DNA from: a virus
Taxonomy: Duplodnaviria; Caudoviricetes
Virus record (IMG/VR): IMGVR_UViG_3300044750_000007
Span: 1 to 31,205 of that record
DNA: 31,205 nucleotides
Reading direction: 5' to 3' (one strand)
How positions within the stretch are numbered: position 1 is the stretch's first letter; every line of letters begins with the position of its first letter. The translations under genes and the position numbers were made by a program. Positions 17,004-25,548 of this stretch are shown here, piece by piece. A model generated the notes under the pieces. That model saw only the letters and a program-made list of their open reading frames with translations. It was not told the DNA's origin and searched no databases.

Positions 17004-17465
17004 ATGTCGCAATCAGTCAAAGACGTACCCTGGCTCAAACGCCTTTTCAATTCAGTGAAGAGCGTCTTCAGCCTGACCGCTGGAATGTCAATCGCGCTCG
17101 ACGCGCGCGGCTGGCCCATGAACTCAATCGCCTCGGCCGGAAAGAAAAGCAGCTACGACAAGACTACCGTCGGCGCGCAGGCGCTGCTGCCAGCGGCGCT
17201 GATTGATCGTCATGTGCAAATCATGGTGACGGTCAATGAAACGTTCGCTGTCGGCAATGGCGCCGCAACGTCGTTCGGCATCGGCGAAACCGGGACAGCG
17301 ACGAAGTTCAAGTCCGGGCTGAACAGTGGCACTGCGGCCGCGCAGACGTTTTACCAGGGTACGCTTTCCGCGGGTAAGGAACTGCTGGTGACCGGGACGG
17401 CCGCAACAGGCACGGGCGCCGGCGGCATCGACGTGTCAGCGATTGCCGTGCCGCTGAGTTCCTGA
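17004..17465 (+). CDS. Probable virion decoration (beta-sandwich) protein
   Basis: Gly/Ala/Thr-rich, VTVNETF...FGIGETGTATKF; in the head module. Confidence 0.5.
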   Translation: MSQSVKDVPWLKRLFNSVKSVFSLTAGMSIALDARGWPMNSIASAGKKSSYDKTTVGAQALLPAALIDRHVQIMVTVNETFAVGNGAATSFGIGETGTATKFKSGLNSGTAAAQTFYQGTLSAGKELLVTGTAATGTGAGGIDVSAIAVPLSS

Positions 17466-17707
17466 TGGCCATACGCCTGCTAAAACTCGAACCCGGCGCG
17501 CTGCTGCTGATACTTGAATCAGCAAAGGGCGAACCCGCGCTGCCGCAAGACGCGCGCATCACCGACGTCGCGTTGGACCACGGCCACACAGCCACGCACC
17601 GCGACAGGCCGCCGATAATTGTCCTGCAAATCCAAAGCAGCGAGTGGGAGCCCGAACCCGAGGGCGCCGACCGACCGTCGCTGCCGCCGATGTACTTCAA
17701 ACGCTAA
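17465..17707 (+). CDS. Hypothetical protein
   Basis: TGATG and TAATG coupling at the two ends. Confidence 0.7.
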   Translation: MAIRLLKLEPGALLLILESAKGEPALPQDARITDVALDHGHTATHRDRPPIIVLQIQSSEWEPEPEGADRPSLPPMYFKR

Positions 17708-19422
17708 TGGCGAAACGCTTCAACCTCTGGAAAGCCACCCGTCGCGCCGCGCGAGTTTTTGGCGCGACCCTTCTGGGCGTGCGCGCCTTCGCGATGGCTC
17801 AACACAATCGTCTCACGCGCAACTGGCCCGCCTTTCCGATCGCCGTCAACCGCGAGATGCGGACGCAGCTCCGCACGATGCGCAACCGTTCGCGGAACCT
17901 GGCCCAGAACGACGATTACATTGTTCGCTATCTCCACCTCCGCGAAAACAATATCCCCGGCCCGACAGGCTTCACGCTACAGGTCAGTCTCGAACCAATT
18001 TCCGACGATCCACTGCAAGTTGATCATGACGCTGAAGTCGTTCGGATAATTGAACGGGCCTTTGCCGAGTGGGCGCACATGGAAACCGCCTCGGCGTCGG
18101 GCAAGCTGGCTTTCGTGGACCAGCAGCGATTGATTAACCGCCAGCTCGATCGCGACGGCGAGTCGCTGATTCACCGGCGAGTCGGCGCGGCAAACAAATT
18201 CCGCTACACGCTGAAGATTATCGACGTCGCCTGGCTTGACGAGTTTCACAACGCCGTCAATCCCGCGACCGGCAATCGCATCATCATGGGCGTCGAGGTA
18301 GATGACGACGATCGGCCGGTCGGCTACTGGCTGACGATGCCGACGACGGAGTATCTCTACGGCTCGACGCGGATGACCCGCGACCGGCGGCGTCAGTTCG
18401 TGCCTGCCTCTGAAATGCTTCACGTCTTCGTCTGCAAGGACGATGAGAGCCAGGTACGTGGCTATCCGGAAACTCACACCGCCGGCCTGACGCTGAAGGT
18501 GCTTGACGAGGCGGACTTTGCAGAGCTAGTCAACGCGCACATAGCTGCTTGCAGTCTGCCGTATCTAATTCCTCCCGACGATGAAGACGAGCAAATAAAC
18601 CTAAGCCCAGAGGAAGCCGCCGCGAACAAAACCATCCCGCGCCCCGTTGAGCAGGAGGTACAGCCTGGGGTCCAGAAAATTCTCCCGCCCCGTTGGACGA
18701 TGCAGGCGTACAAAGCCGACCATCCCAACGCGAACTGGCCTGAGTTTGCCAAGAACCAACTACAGCGCGCGTGCGCGGGTCTCAATGCGGCTTACTGTTC
18801 GATATCAGGCGATTTCTCGGGCGGCAGCTATTCCAGCTTTAAGATCGGTCGCTCTGAAGACCAGAGCACTTACCGCGCGCGCCAGGCGTTTCTGATCGAG
18901 CACTTCAACCGCATCGTCGGCTACGAATGGCTGCGCTGCTCAGTGCTTGCCGGCCAGGTGAAGATTTCGCTCCAGGATTTCTCCCGGGTGCGTCTGGACT
19001 GGCAAGGCCGCGGCTGGCCCTCAATCGAGCCGCTGAAAGAAATCCAGGCGACGATTCTGGCGATTAACAATTACCTCGACGATCCAATCACTGACGCTGC
19101 TGAGCGCGGCGATAATTTCTACGAGATGGTCGAGCGGCTAAAGAAAATCAAAAAGGTGCTGAACGATGCCGGCTTTGATTTCCCCACGGCCGGACCCGGA
19201 TCGAAAGCCGTCGCGAACGACAAAACCGACGACACGCCCGATGGCGCCGCCGACGAAGAGAACGCCAAAGACGACGGCTCGAACCACGTGCTGCGCGCGC
19301 TCGAGCCGCAACTGCTCCCCGCGCTGTCGAGGCAGTCAAACGGGCAGCCAATTGTGATCGTCGTCAATCAACTTCCGGCGCCGGCTGCACCCGGCAATGG
19401 CCACTCACATTTGCCAATTTAA
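17707..19422 (+). CDS. Portal protein, lambda family
   Basis: MRNRSRNLAQNDDY, RDGESL, MGVEVDDDDRPVGYW, QVRGYP, ISGDFSGGSYSS, RGWPSIEPLKE. Confidence 0.95.
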   Translation: MAKRFNLWKATRRAARVFGATLLGVRAFAMAQHNRLTRNWPAFPIAVNREMRTQLRTMRNRSRNLAQNDDYIVRYLHLRENNIPGPTGFTLQVSLEPISDDPLQVDHDAEVVRIIERAFAEWAHMETASASGKLAFVDQQRLINRQLDRDGESLIHRRVGAANKFRYTLKIIDVAWLDEFHNAVNPATGNRIIMGVEVDDDDRPVGYWLTMPTTEYLYGSTRMTRDRRRQFVPASEMLHVFVCKDDESQVRGYPETHTAGLTLKVLDEADFAELVNAHIAACSLPYLIPPDDEDEQINLSPEEAAANKTIPRPVEQEVQPGVQKILPPRWTMQAYKADHPNANWPEFAKNQLQRACAGLNAAYCSISGDFSGGSYSSFKIGRSEDQSTYRARQAFLIEHFNRIVGYEWLRCSVLAGQVKISLQDFSRVRLDWQGRGWPSIEPLKEIQATILAINNYLDDPITDAAERGDNFYEMVERLKKIKKVLNDAGFDFPTAGPGSKAVANDKTDDTPDGAADEENAKDDGSNHVLRALEPQLLPALSRQSNGQPIVIVVNQLPAPAAPGNGHSHLPI

Positions 19423-19466
19423 TGCACCCTCAAAGCATTACTCAAAACGTTTTGGATTAACTTCTC
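19418..19466 (+). promoter_or_regulatory. Putative late promoter, copy 2: TAATGC-N9-GCATTA, 17 nt, TAACTT
   Basis: Same 23-mer and same spacing to TTAnCTTCT as copy 1; directly upstream of the capsid gene. Confidence 0.75.
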
Positions 19467-19473
19467 AACCGCA

Positions 19474-21807
19474 ATGAAGCGTTCCCCCAAACAATTTCCG
19501 CTCAACAAGCTGGTAGGCATACGCCAACGCCGCAACGCGACGCCTGAACAATCCCAGGTCGACAAGCTGATAGGTGTAAGCCAGCGCCGCGACACGACGT
19601 TTGATGCGCGCGACTTGAAGCTTGCCGACGACGCCCAGGTTATCTCGGTAACTTTCTCGAGTGAGGCTCCGGTCTACCGGAATATTGGCGGCTTCAGTTT
19701 CTACGAAATTCTTGACCACTCGACTCAGGCTGCCGCCGATTTCCGCCGGCTCAACAGCGGCGGTCAGTTTATTCGCAATCACGACATTAACCAGGTGATG
19801 GGAGTCGTCGAGGATGGCAGCGCGAAAATTGATGGCGCCATTCGCAAAGGTTGCGCTGACCTTAGATTTTCTGAACGGCCGGAAGCTCAGTTAGAGCGCG
19901 TCGACGTGCTCAAGGGCGTGCGTCGCAACTTCAGCTTCGATTACGAGGTGACCGCGCCGTATATCGACACGAACAAGAAAATCAACGGCCTCCCGACTCT
20001 GCGGGCAATGGCCTGGCGCGTGCTTTCAATCTGTACCGAGACTCACGCCGCCGACATCACGGTCGGTCACGGGCCCGATCGCCGCACCCATGAACACGGA
20101 CGCGCCCAGCAACGCGGTTTGGGTTGTTCGTGCGCGTGCTGCACGCCCGGCAATCCACAACCGTGCTGCTGCTGTTGCCCGAATCTGACCTCGGCGCCGC
20201 TCAGTTGTAACTGTGCATGTTGCCAGTCTTATTACCCCAGGCCGTGTTGCTGTTGCTGTGACGCGACTGGCCAATCAGACCCCGTTGAAACCGGAGAACG
20301 AAGGAGAACGAACATCATGTTGTGTCACGCCCGCTCTGCCGCGGAATGCCAAACCGACAATTGCTCGCAGCACCCCGCCGCCGACAAGCGCGCCGCGCAA
20401 ACACCGCCGACGCCTCAGCAAATCATCGCCACGCGCCAGGCTGAATTGACCGGTTGGGCCGGAGTATTCGGTGATACGCCGGAAGAGGTTGCGGAGTACA
20501 CGCAGCTCGCTCGAGATTACGCGCGCGACGCGACAAAGCTGACGCTTGAAATGCCGGCCGTGTCCGACATGTTCAAGGCCGCGATCGAGAAAGCGAAGAG
20601 TTCCACGCGCGCCGCAGTCAACACTGCGAAGCCGCCGCAAGGTCTTGTGACCGTTCCCGGCCGTCGCACGAACAAGCTGCGCGTTTTCAAGGGCGAGGGC
20701 GGCGACCTGCGCGCTTATCGGATGTACATGGGCCTTCTGGGGAATGCCTTCTACGGCCAACGTGGGTGGGATGAATTTAAGAGCTCGCCGGTAATCAAGC
20801 GGGCTCACCAGTACTGTCAGGACCACGGCCTGCTGCAACGCGCCGCCGCGGAAGGCCAAAGCGAGGGCGATCCGGAAGCTGGCGGCTTTACGGTGATCGA
20901 GGAATGGTCGCCCGAAACCATCGACCTGCATGAGAACTTTGGCGTGATGCGCCGCTACGCGAAGGTCGAGCCGATGGCTAGCGAAGCAAAGAACGTTCGA
21001 CGCCGCGAGGGCGGCCTGCAGTTCCACTCCGCCGGCGAAGCTGAAGACGTTGCGGTCGAAAAGAAAAAGTGGGGCGGCAATAAACTGGTCGCGAAAAAGT
21101 TTTTGTGTCTCGCCAACATCACCAGCGAGCTGAACGAAGACTCCGCGGTCAACCAGGCAGACGATCTCGCTTACGAAATGGTTCTGGCGGAAGCCCGCCT
21201 CGAGGATAGGCTCGGGTTCCTGGCTGATGGTACCGGCGACGACCAAACAGAGACCGGTTACCAAGGCATCGTGGGCATCATTCAGAAGATGCTCAGCCTG
21301 CACGCCACGAAGACGAACATCGCCGGCCTGGTGATTGCTGCCGGTACGATCAACGCCATCAACAAGGTTCCGCTCATCCTGGGCGACCTGCGAATGGGCA
21401 CGCTGCTGGGCGATCGTTCCGCTTTGACCATTTCAATGAGCGAGCAGTCTTCTTTCCGCAATGACACGATCGACCTGAAAGGTCGCATCCGGCGCGATTT
21501 CATCGCGCACAGCGTCGGCAATGCCAACACTGACGCAGCCTTGCGTGAGCCTGGCCCGATCGTCGCGCTCGGTACCGACAACTGGTCCGCCGTGACTTCC
21601 GATCACATGAATACGCTGATGGGTCGTCTGCCGGAATTCGAAGGCATTCAGCCGGTGTTCTTCTGCCACAAGACGTTCTACTTCCAGGTGCTCCGCAAGA
21701 TATTGATTGCAGCCGGCGGCGCGACACCGGGCGACTTGGCTGGTTCCGGTCCATTCCAGTTCGGCGGCTATCCGGTGCAGTTCACCCAGATTATGCCGAA
21801 GTCGTAA
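19474..21807 (+). CDS. Prohead protease - scaffold - HK97-fold major capsid protein fusion
   Basis: Protease FSSEAPVYR...EILDHS...NHD...MGVVE...LRFS...GVRRNFSFDY; capsid AGGFTVIEEWS...GE...ITSELNEDS...DGTG...GDL...GYPV. Confidence 0.92.
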   Translation: MKRSPKQFPLNKLVGIRQRRNATPEQSQVDKLIGVSQRRDTTFDARDLKLADDAQVISVTFSSEAPVYRNIGGFSFYEILDHSTQAAADFRRLNSGGQFIRNHDINQVMGVVEDGSAKIDGAIRKGCADLRFSERPEAQLERVDVLKGVRRNFSFDYEVTAPYIDTNKKINGLPTLRAMAWRVLSICTETHAADITVGHGPDRRTHEHGRAQQRGLGCSCACCTPGNPQPCCCCCPNLTSAPLSCNCACCQSYYPRPCCCCCDATGQSDPVETGERRRTNIMLCHARSAAECQTDNCSQHPAADKRAAQTPPTPQQIIATRQAELTGWAGVFGDTPEEVAEYTQLARDYARDATKLTLEMPAVSDMFKAAIEKAKSSTRAAVNTAKPPQGLVTVPGRRTNKLRVFKGEGGDLRAYRMYMGLLGNAFYGQRGWDEFKSSPVIKRAHQYCQDHGLLQRAAAEGQSEGDPEAGGFTVIEEWSPETIDLHENFGVMRRYAKVEPMASEAKNVRRREGGLQFHSAGEAEDVAVEKKKWGGNKLVAKKFLCLANITSELNEDSAVNQADDLAYEMVLAEARLEDRLGFLADGTGDDQTETGYQGIVGIIQKMLSLHATKTNIAGLVIAAGTINAINKVPLILGDLRMGTLLGDRSALTISMSEQSSFRNDTIDLKGRIRRDFIAHSVGNANTDAALREPGPIVALGTDNWSAVTSDHMNTLMGRLPEFEGIQPVFFCHKTFYFQVLRKILIAAGGATPGDLAGSGPFQFGGYPVQFTQIMPKS

Positions 21808-21908
21808 GGGACGGGGCAGTAGCCCCGCGCGTGAGCAAGGGCGTTTGATTTCGACAAAAACCGAAAGCGCCGGTCATAGCAGGCGCACTCCAAAGGGGAG
21901 AAAAAACC

Positions 21909-22352
21909 ATGAACGACGCGCTGAACATCAAAACCATCAACGTCACGCCGGCCGGCGCCATCAAGGACAATGCCAGCTTTACCGCCGCCGCGGTCGACAT
22001 GCTGGGCTTCCGCTTTTGCACGTTTGAAATCAGCCTGGGCGCCACCGATATCGACGTAGCGGCTTTGAAGCTTCAGCACTCGGACGATGACGGCTCGGCG
22101 GACGCCTATGCGGACGTTGACGGCGCGGATTATGCGGTTGATTCGACCGTTCCCCAGGACGACGAAGACAACAAAATCTTCGCCATCCACGTCGACATGC
22201 GCGGCGGTAAGAAGCGCTATCTGAAGTTGGTCTTCACCGCTGGCGACGGCGCGGCCGGGACTTACGCCGACGTGAAAGCGCGACTGTCGCGGCCCGAGAC
22301 TTTCCTTCGTTCCGCCGCCGATCGTGGTTACACGCGCGAGCTGTTCGTCTAG
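21909..22352 (+). CDS. Capsid-associated decoration/cement-like protein
   Basis: Directly after the MCP with RBS GGGGAG; AVDMLGF...LKLQHSDD...YADVDGA...KKRYLKL suggests a jelly-roll. Confidence 0.6.
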   Translation: MNDALNIKTINVTPAGAIKDNASFTAAAVDMLGFRFCTFEISLGATDIDVAALKLQHSDDDGSADAYADVDGADYAVDSTVPQDDEDNKIFAIHVDMRGGKKRYLKLVFTAGDGAAGTYADVKARLSRPETFLRSAADRGYTRELFV

Positions 22353-22385
22353 CTCTTTTCGTCAGGTGTCCGGGCCGGGGTTTTG

Positions 22386-22417
22386 TCTGACCTCTGACTT
22401 CTGACCTCTGACCTCTG
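22386..22417. repeat. Heptamer tandem repeat (TCTGACC)x4.5
   Basis: Intergenic, read directly, one variant unit. Confidence 0.9.
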
Positions 22418-22423
22418 GCGCTT

Positions 22424-22789
22424 ATGCCTTTCGAGACTATCGATGATTTTCGTTCGACGTTCTTTGCAATCGACAATGGGCCGGCCATCCGGACGCTGAT
22501 TGTTGGACCTGGCAGCGAGCCAACGCGCTACGCGAAAACAATCGCCGCCATCTACCAACGCGCGACGCAGTCGGTGACGGTCTACAGCGACACCGACATG
22601 GAAGCCTCGGCTCCGTCGATACTCTGCGTCTCCCCAGACGTTGCTGATTTAGATCCGAACGCCAAGTACACGGTCCGCTTTCTCGGGCTGCTCGAAGGCG
22701 AGGAAGGTTACGGCAAGACGTTCCAAACAACCCCGCGCATCAGCGCAGCAGGCGTCAACACGACGCGCATTTATTTGAAGGAATCATAA
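22424..22789 (+). CDS. Head-tail connector/closure protein (gpFII-like)
   Basis: Size, position and beta-rich pattern ending GVNTTRIYLKE. Confidence 0.6.
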   Translation: MPFETIDDFRSTFFAIDNGPAIRTLIVGPGSEPTRYAKTIAAIYQRATQSVTVYSDTDMEASAPSILCVSPDVADLDPNAKYTVRFLGLLEGEEGYGKTFQTTPRISAAGVNTTRIYLKES

Positions 22790-22810
22790 AAGCGGTTCGA
22801 TATTTTATTT

Positions 22811-22838
22811 TGAAACCTGAAACGCGAAACCTGAAACC
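22811..22838. repeat. Heptamer tandem repeat (TGAAACC)x4, degenerate
   Basis: Immediately upstream of the RBS of 22859. Confidence 0.85.
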
Positions 22839-22858
22839 TCTTAAAGGAGAATCCAACG

Positions 22859-23491
22859 ATGAAACGAGTCACTTTGCTGTTCATGGTCGCGTTGACGATC
22901 GCGCTGGCGGTTGCGCCCGCCTACGCACACACACCTTCAGTTTCTGCTGCTCACTGGTCACTGCCCGCTACTAACTCTATGCCATCAGCAACCATCCGCC
23001 AGCAGATCGTCGACGAATTCAAACGCCGGCTGGCAAAGATTGACAGCGCGGCCGTTCCGTTAGCCAACGGTTACCAGTACCAGACCAACATCGGCAAGAA
23101 CGGTATCGAGGAATGGGTCACGCATTCGAATGAAGATTTGCTGAAATCGGCCGAGGGGCAGGCGCGCATTTCCGTCTTCGACCAGGTACGCACGCGCGAG
23201 GCGAAAGAGACACCCGATTCAGAAGGTGTGAGTGCTGCGTTGCCGGCGCAAACCCGCTGTTTTCACTTTCGAGATTTGGCGCCGACCGAGGTCAGGAAGC
23301 ATCTCGCCGACATGGCCCAGGCGGTGGTTACTAACCCTGACACGGGCGAGCGCGATTACACCCTGGGCGGTCTCTGCGTCCACGTCGAAATCACCGATGA
23401 CGGCTTCGTAGTCCCATCTGAGGTTTTCACGATCGAAGCGTCGGCGATCGGTTGGAACGTGCATCACGTCATCGACCCGTACGAGGTCTAG
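22859..23491 (+). CDS. Tail terminator-like protein with a signal-peptide-like N-terminal extension
   Basis: TIRQQIVDEFKRRLAKI...NGYQYQTNIG...TLGGLC; precedes the tail tube; alternative ATG 22979. Confidence 0.65.
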   Translation: MKRVTLLFMVALTIALAVAPAYAHTPSVSAAHWSLPATNSMPSATIRQQIVDEFKRRLAKIDSAAVPLANGYQYQTNIGKNGIEEWVTHSNEDLLKSAEGQARISVFDQVRTREAKETPDSEGVSAALPAQTRCFHFRDLAPTEVRKHLADMAQAVVTNPDTGERDYTLGGLCVHVEITDDGFVVPSEVFTIEASAIGWNVHHVIDPYEV

Positions 23492-23532
23492 TCGATCAGG
23501 TTAAAGGGTTCAATTCTTTCGCGAGGTCAACA

Positions 23533-24636
23533 ATGGCAACACAGAAACAATACGGCTTATATGTCGGGAACGCCTCGGTAGCAACTCTCGACGCGAATGC
23601 CAATCCCGGCCCGTACGACCCTCTTGGCGAAACGGTCATGGTTGAAATCGATCAGGCGGCCGAATACGCCACCAACTTTTCGACCGCCGAGGACAGCCCT
23701 AACCGCCAGGACCTGAACATAAAGATTAAAGACGGCCCGATCGGCGTCGCTATCACCTGCAAGGAAGTCGGGAAGCGCGTCATGGAAATGGCGCTGCACG
23801 GCACGACGACCGATGTGGCGGCCGGTTCGGTGGCCAATGAAGAGCTGCCGTCCGGCTTAGAAGTTGGCCAGCAGTATTTCACCGAGAATCCAAACATTGT
23901 CGCCGCCGGCGCCACTATGGTCGATGTTGACGGAAACCCGGTGGTGAACGGAACGCACTTTGCGGCTAAAGAATCCGGCGCCATAACCATGCTCAACGTC
24001 AATCTGACGGACGGCGTGAAAGCGGCTGGCAATATTCACTTTGCGAGCCAGCCCAATGCAGCCGACACGACCACGATCGGCTCCAAGGTCTACACCTGGA
24101 GAGTGACGCCAACGCTCGCTAATGAAGTCAGAATTGGCAGCACGATTGCGCAAAGTGCGGCCAACCTGGCAAACAAAATCAACGAGGACACATTAACAAC
24201 CCTCTGCACCGCCGCGGTGACTTCGCCGGACGTGGCGCTAACCGCCAACGACTTCGGCACCGCCGGCAACTCCATCACGTTGACAGTTGACGCCACGCGA
24301 CTTACAAAAACCGCATTCGCCAGCGGCGCTAACGGCACTCCGCTGGTGCAACCTTTCTTCATCAGCTACAGCTATGGCGCGTCGGCGAAGGCTGGAATCG
24401 CCGACGACAATCCGGGAAACGTGGCGTTCCGTTTTACCGGCAAGAATCTGGTGACGTCGGCGCCGCTAAAAAACATTCGCGCGTTCCTGAAGAACTGCTC
24501 GTTTCCGCCGAGTTCGAAATGGACCCTCAAGAGCGGTTCCTCGGGCGGCACTGGAAACTCAGTCAACGAATACGAGATTAAGGGAACCGCCTTGGATCCG
24601 GACGGCACCGGGTTCGGTGATATCGACCGCTGGTAA
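23533..24636 (+). CDS. Major tail (tube) protein with an inserted beta domain
   Basis: ATG 23533 after GAGGT; YVGNASV...LGETVMVEI...FRFTGKN...YEIKGTAL. Confidence 0.75.
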   Translation: MATQKQYGLYVGNASVATLDANANPGPYDPLGETVMVEIDQAAEYATNFSTAEDSPNRQDLNIKIKDGPIGVAITCKEVGKRVMEMALHGTTTDVAAGSVANEELPSGLEVGQQYFTENPNIVAAGATMVDVDGNPVVNGTHFAAKESGAITMLNVNLTDGVKAAGNIHFASQPNAADTTTIGSKVYTWRVTPTLANEVRIGSTIAQSAANLANKINEDTLTTLCTAAVTSPDVALTANDFGTAGNSITLTVDATRLTKTAFASGANGTPLVQPFFISYSYGASAKAGIADDNPGNVAFRFTGKNLVTSAPLKNIRAFLKNCSFPPSSKWTLKSGSSGGTGNSVNEYEIKGTALDPDGTGFGDIDRW

Positions 24637-24692
24637 AAGTTGGTTGCCCCGGCTGAAAGCCAAAAGACCTTCAGGAAGTGGATGGGGGATGA

Positions 24693-25079
24693 GTGAGTTC
24701 AGACGCAATCAATGTCATCAATTACGGAACGGTGATCGCCGCGGCGATCGCCAGTTGTTTGACTGCCTACGTTCTATTTCGCTCACGCACCCCGGCGATT
24801 CTGAAAGACGAGCTGGAAGTTACGCGCGCGCGGTGCAATCGGATTGAGGAAGAGAATAAAGCCCTGGTGGAAGCCGGCCACAAAAAAGATGTGGAGATTG
24901 CGGACTTAAAAGCACGGACTGATTTGACTGAGATCCAAAAGACCCAGCGCGAAATTCTGACTATTTGTTCAGCAACTTCTCAGTGCATGGATTCAGTAGC
25001 CCGGACGCTTGAACGAATCAGCGGCGCATTACCCGTGGCCGCAACACTACTGGCGCAAACCCCTCCCTCGAAGAGTTGA
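24693..25079 (+). CDS. Membrane protein with one TM and a coiled coil; possible lysis accessory
   Basis: GTVIAAAIASCLTAYVLF followed by a heptad-rich helix. Confidence 0.55.
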   Translation: MSSDAINVINYGTVIAAAIASCLTAYVLFRSRTPAILKDELEVTRARCNRIEEENKALVEAGHKKDVEIADLKARTDLTEIQKTQREILTICSATSQCMDSVARTLERISGALPVAATLLAQTPPSKS

Positions 25080-25381
25080 AAATGACGAAAGAAGACCAGC
25101 AATCAGTTATCGGCAGAGCCGTGCAGGAGTTGAGCGATTGTAGGAAAACGCTCGCCTGCCGCGAGCACCAGCTTCACGAAGCTGGACAGCGGTTTGAATC
25201 TCTAGCTCAAGTGTGCGGAGGCAGGCCATGCGCGATGGCTGATGACCACATCGATCGCGTGCTGGCAGACGTGCCCACCATCGAGGGTCTTCGTGAGGCG
25301 TTGGTTGACTGCCGAAAAACTTTTCAGCGCATGCGCGAGTTGCGCAAGACGCTGGCAGATTTTGGCCTGGACTTGAGTTAG
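25076..25381 (+). CDS. Hypothetical helical protein
   Basis: Overlaps the previous stop; start 25076 or 25082. Confidence 0.6.
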   Translation: MKMTKEDQQSVIGRAVQELSDCRKTLACREHQLHEAGQRFESLAQVCGGRPCAMADDHIDRVLADVPTIEGLREALVDCRKTFQRMRELRKTLADFGLDLS

Positions 25382-25436
25382 CTCCCTGCTTCTGTAATTC
25401 CCTTCCACGCGCACCGGCGCTCGCTGCTGACTGTGC

Positions 25437-25529
25437 GACCAACACGGCGCCCACGCCACAAATCCAAAACCTTTTGAGAGAGGACTATTCATGTCAGGAA
25501 AAATCAGACCAACACGGCGCTTACGCCAC
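25437..25529 (+). repeat. Imperfect direct repeat GACCAACACGGCGCnnACGCCAC x2
   Basis: Copies at 25437-25459 and 25507-25529, 21 of 23 identical. Confidence 0.85.
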
Positions 25530-25548
25530 CCAATCAGAAAGGAAACTT

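Noticed and set aside
16367-19440. The 23-bp direct repeat as att sites or element ends
   Set aside because: It flanks essential head genes, is palindromic and has conserved spacing to a -10-like box; a promoter fits better.
21812-21827. Hairpin CGGGGC-AGTA-GCCCCG after the capsid stop as a terminator
   Set aside because: No adjacent U-tract; may only stabilise mRNA.
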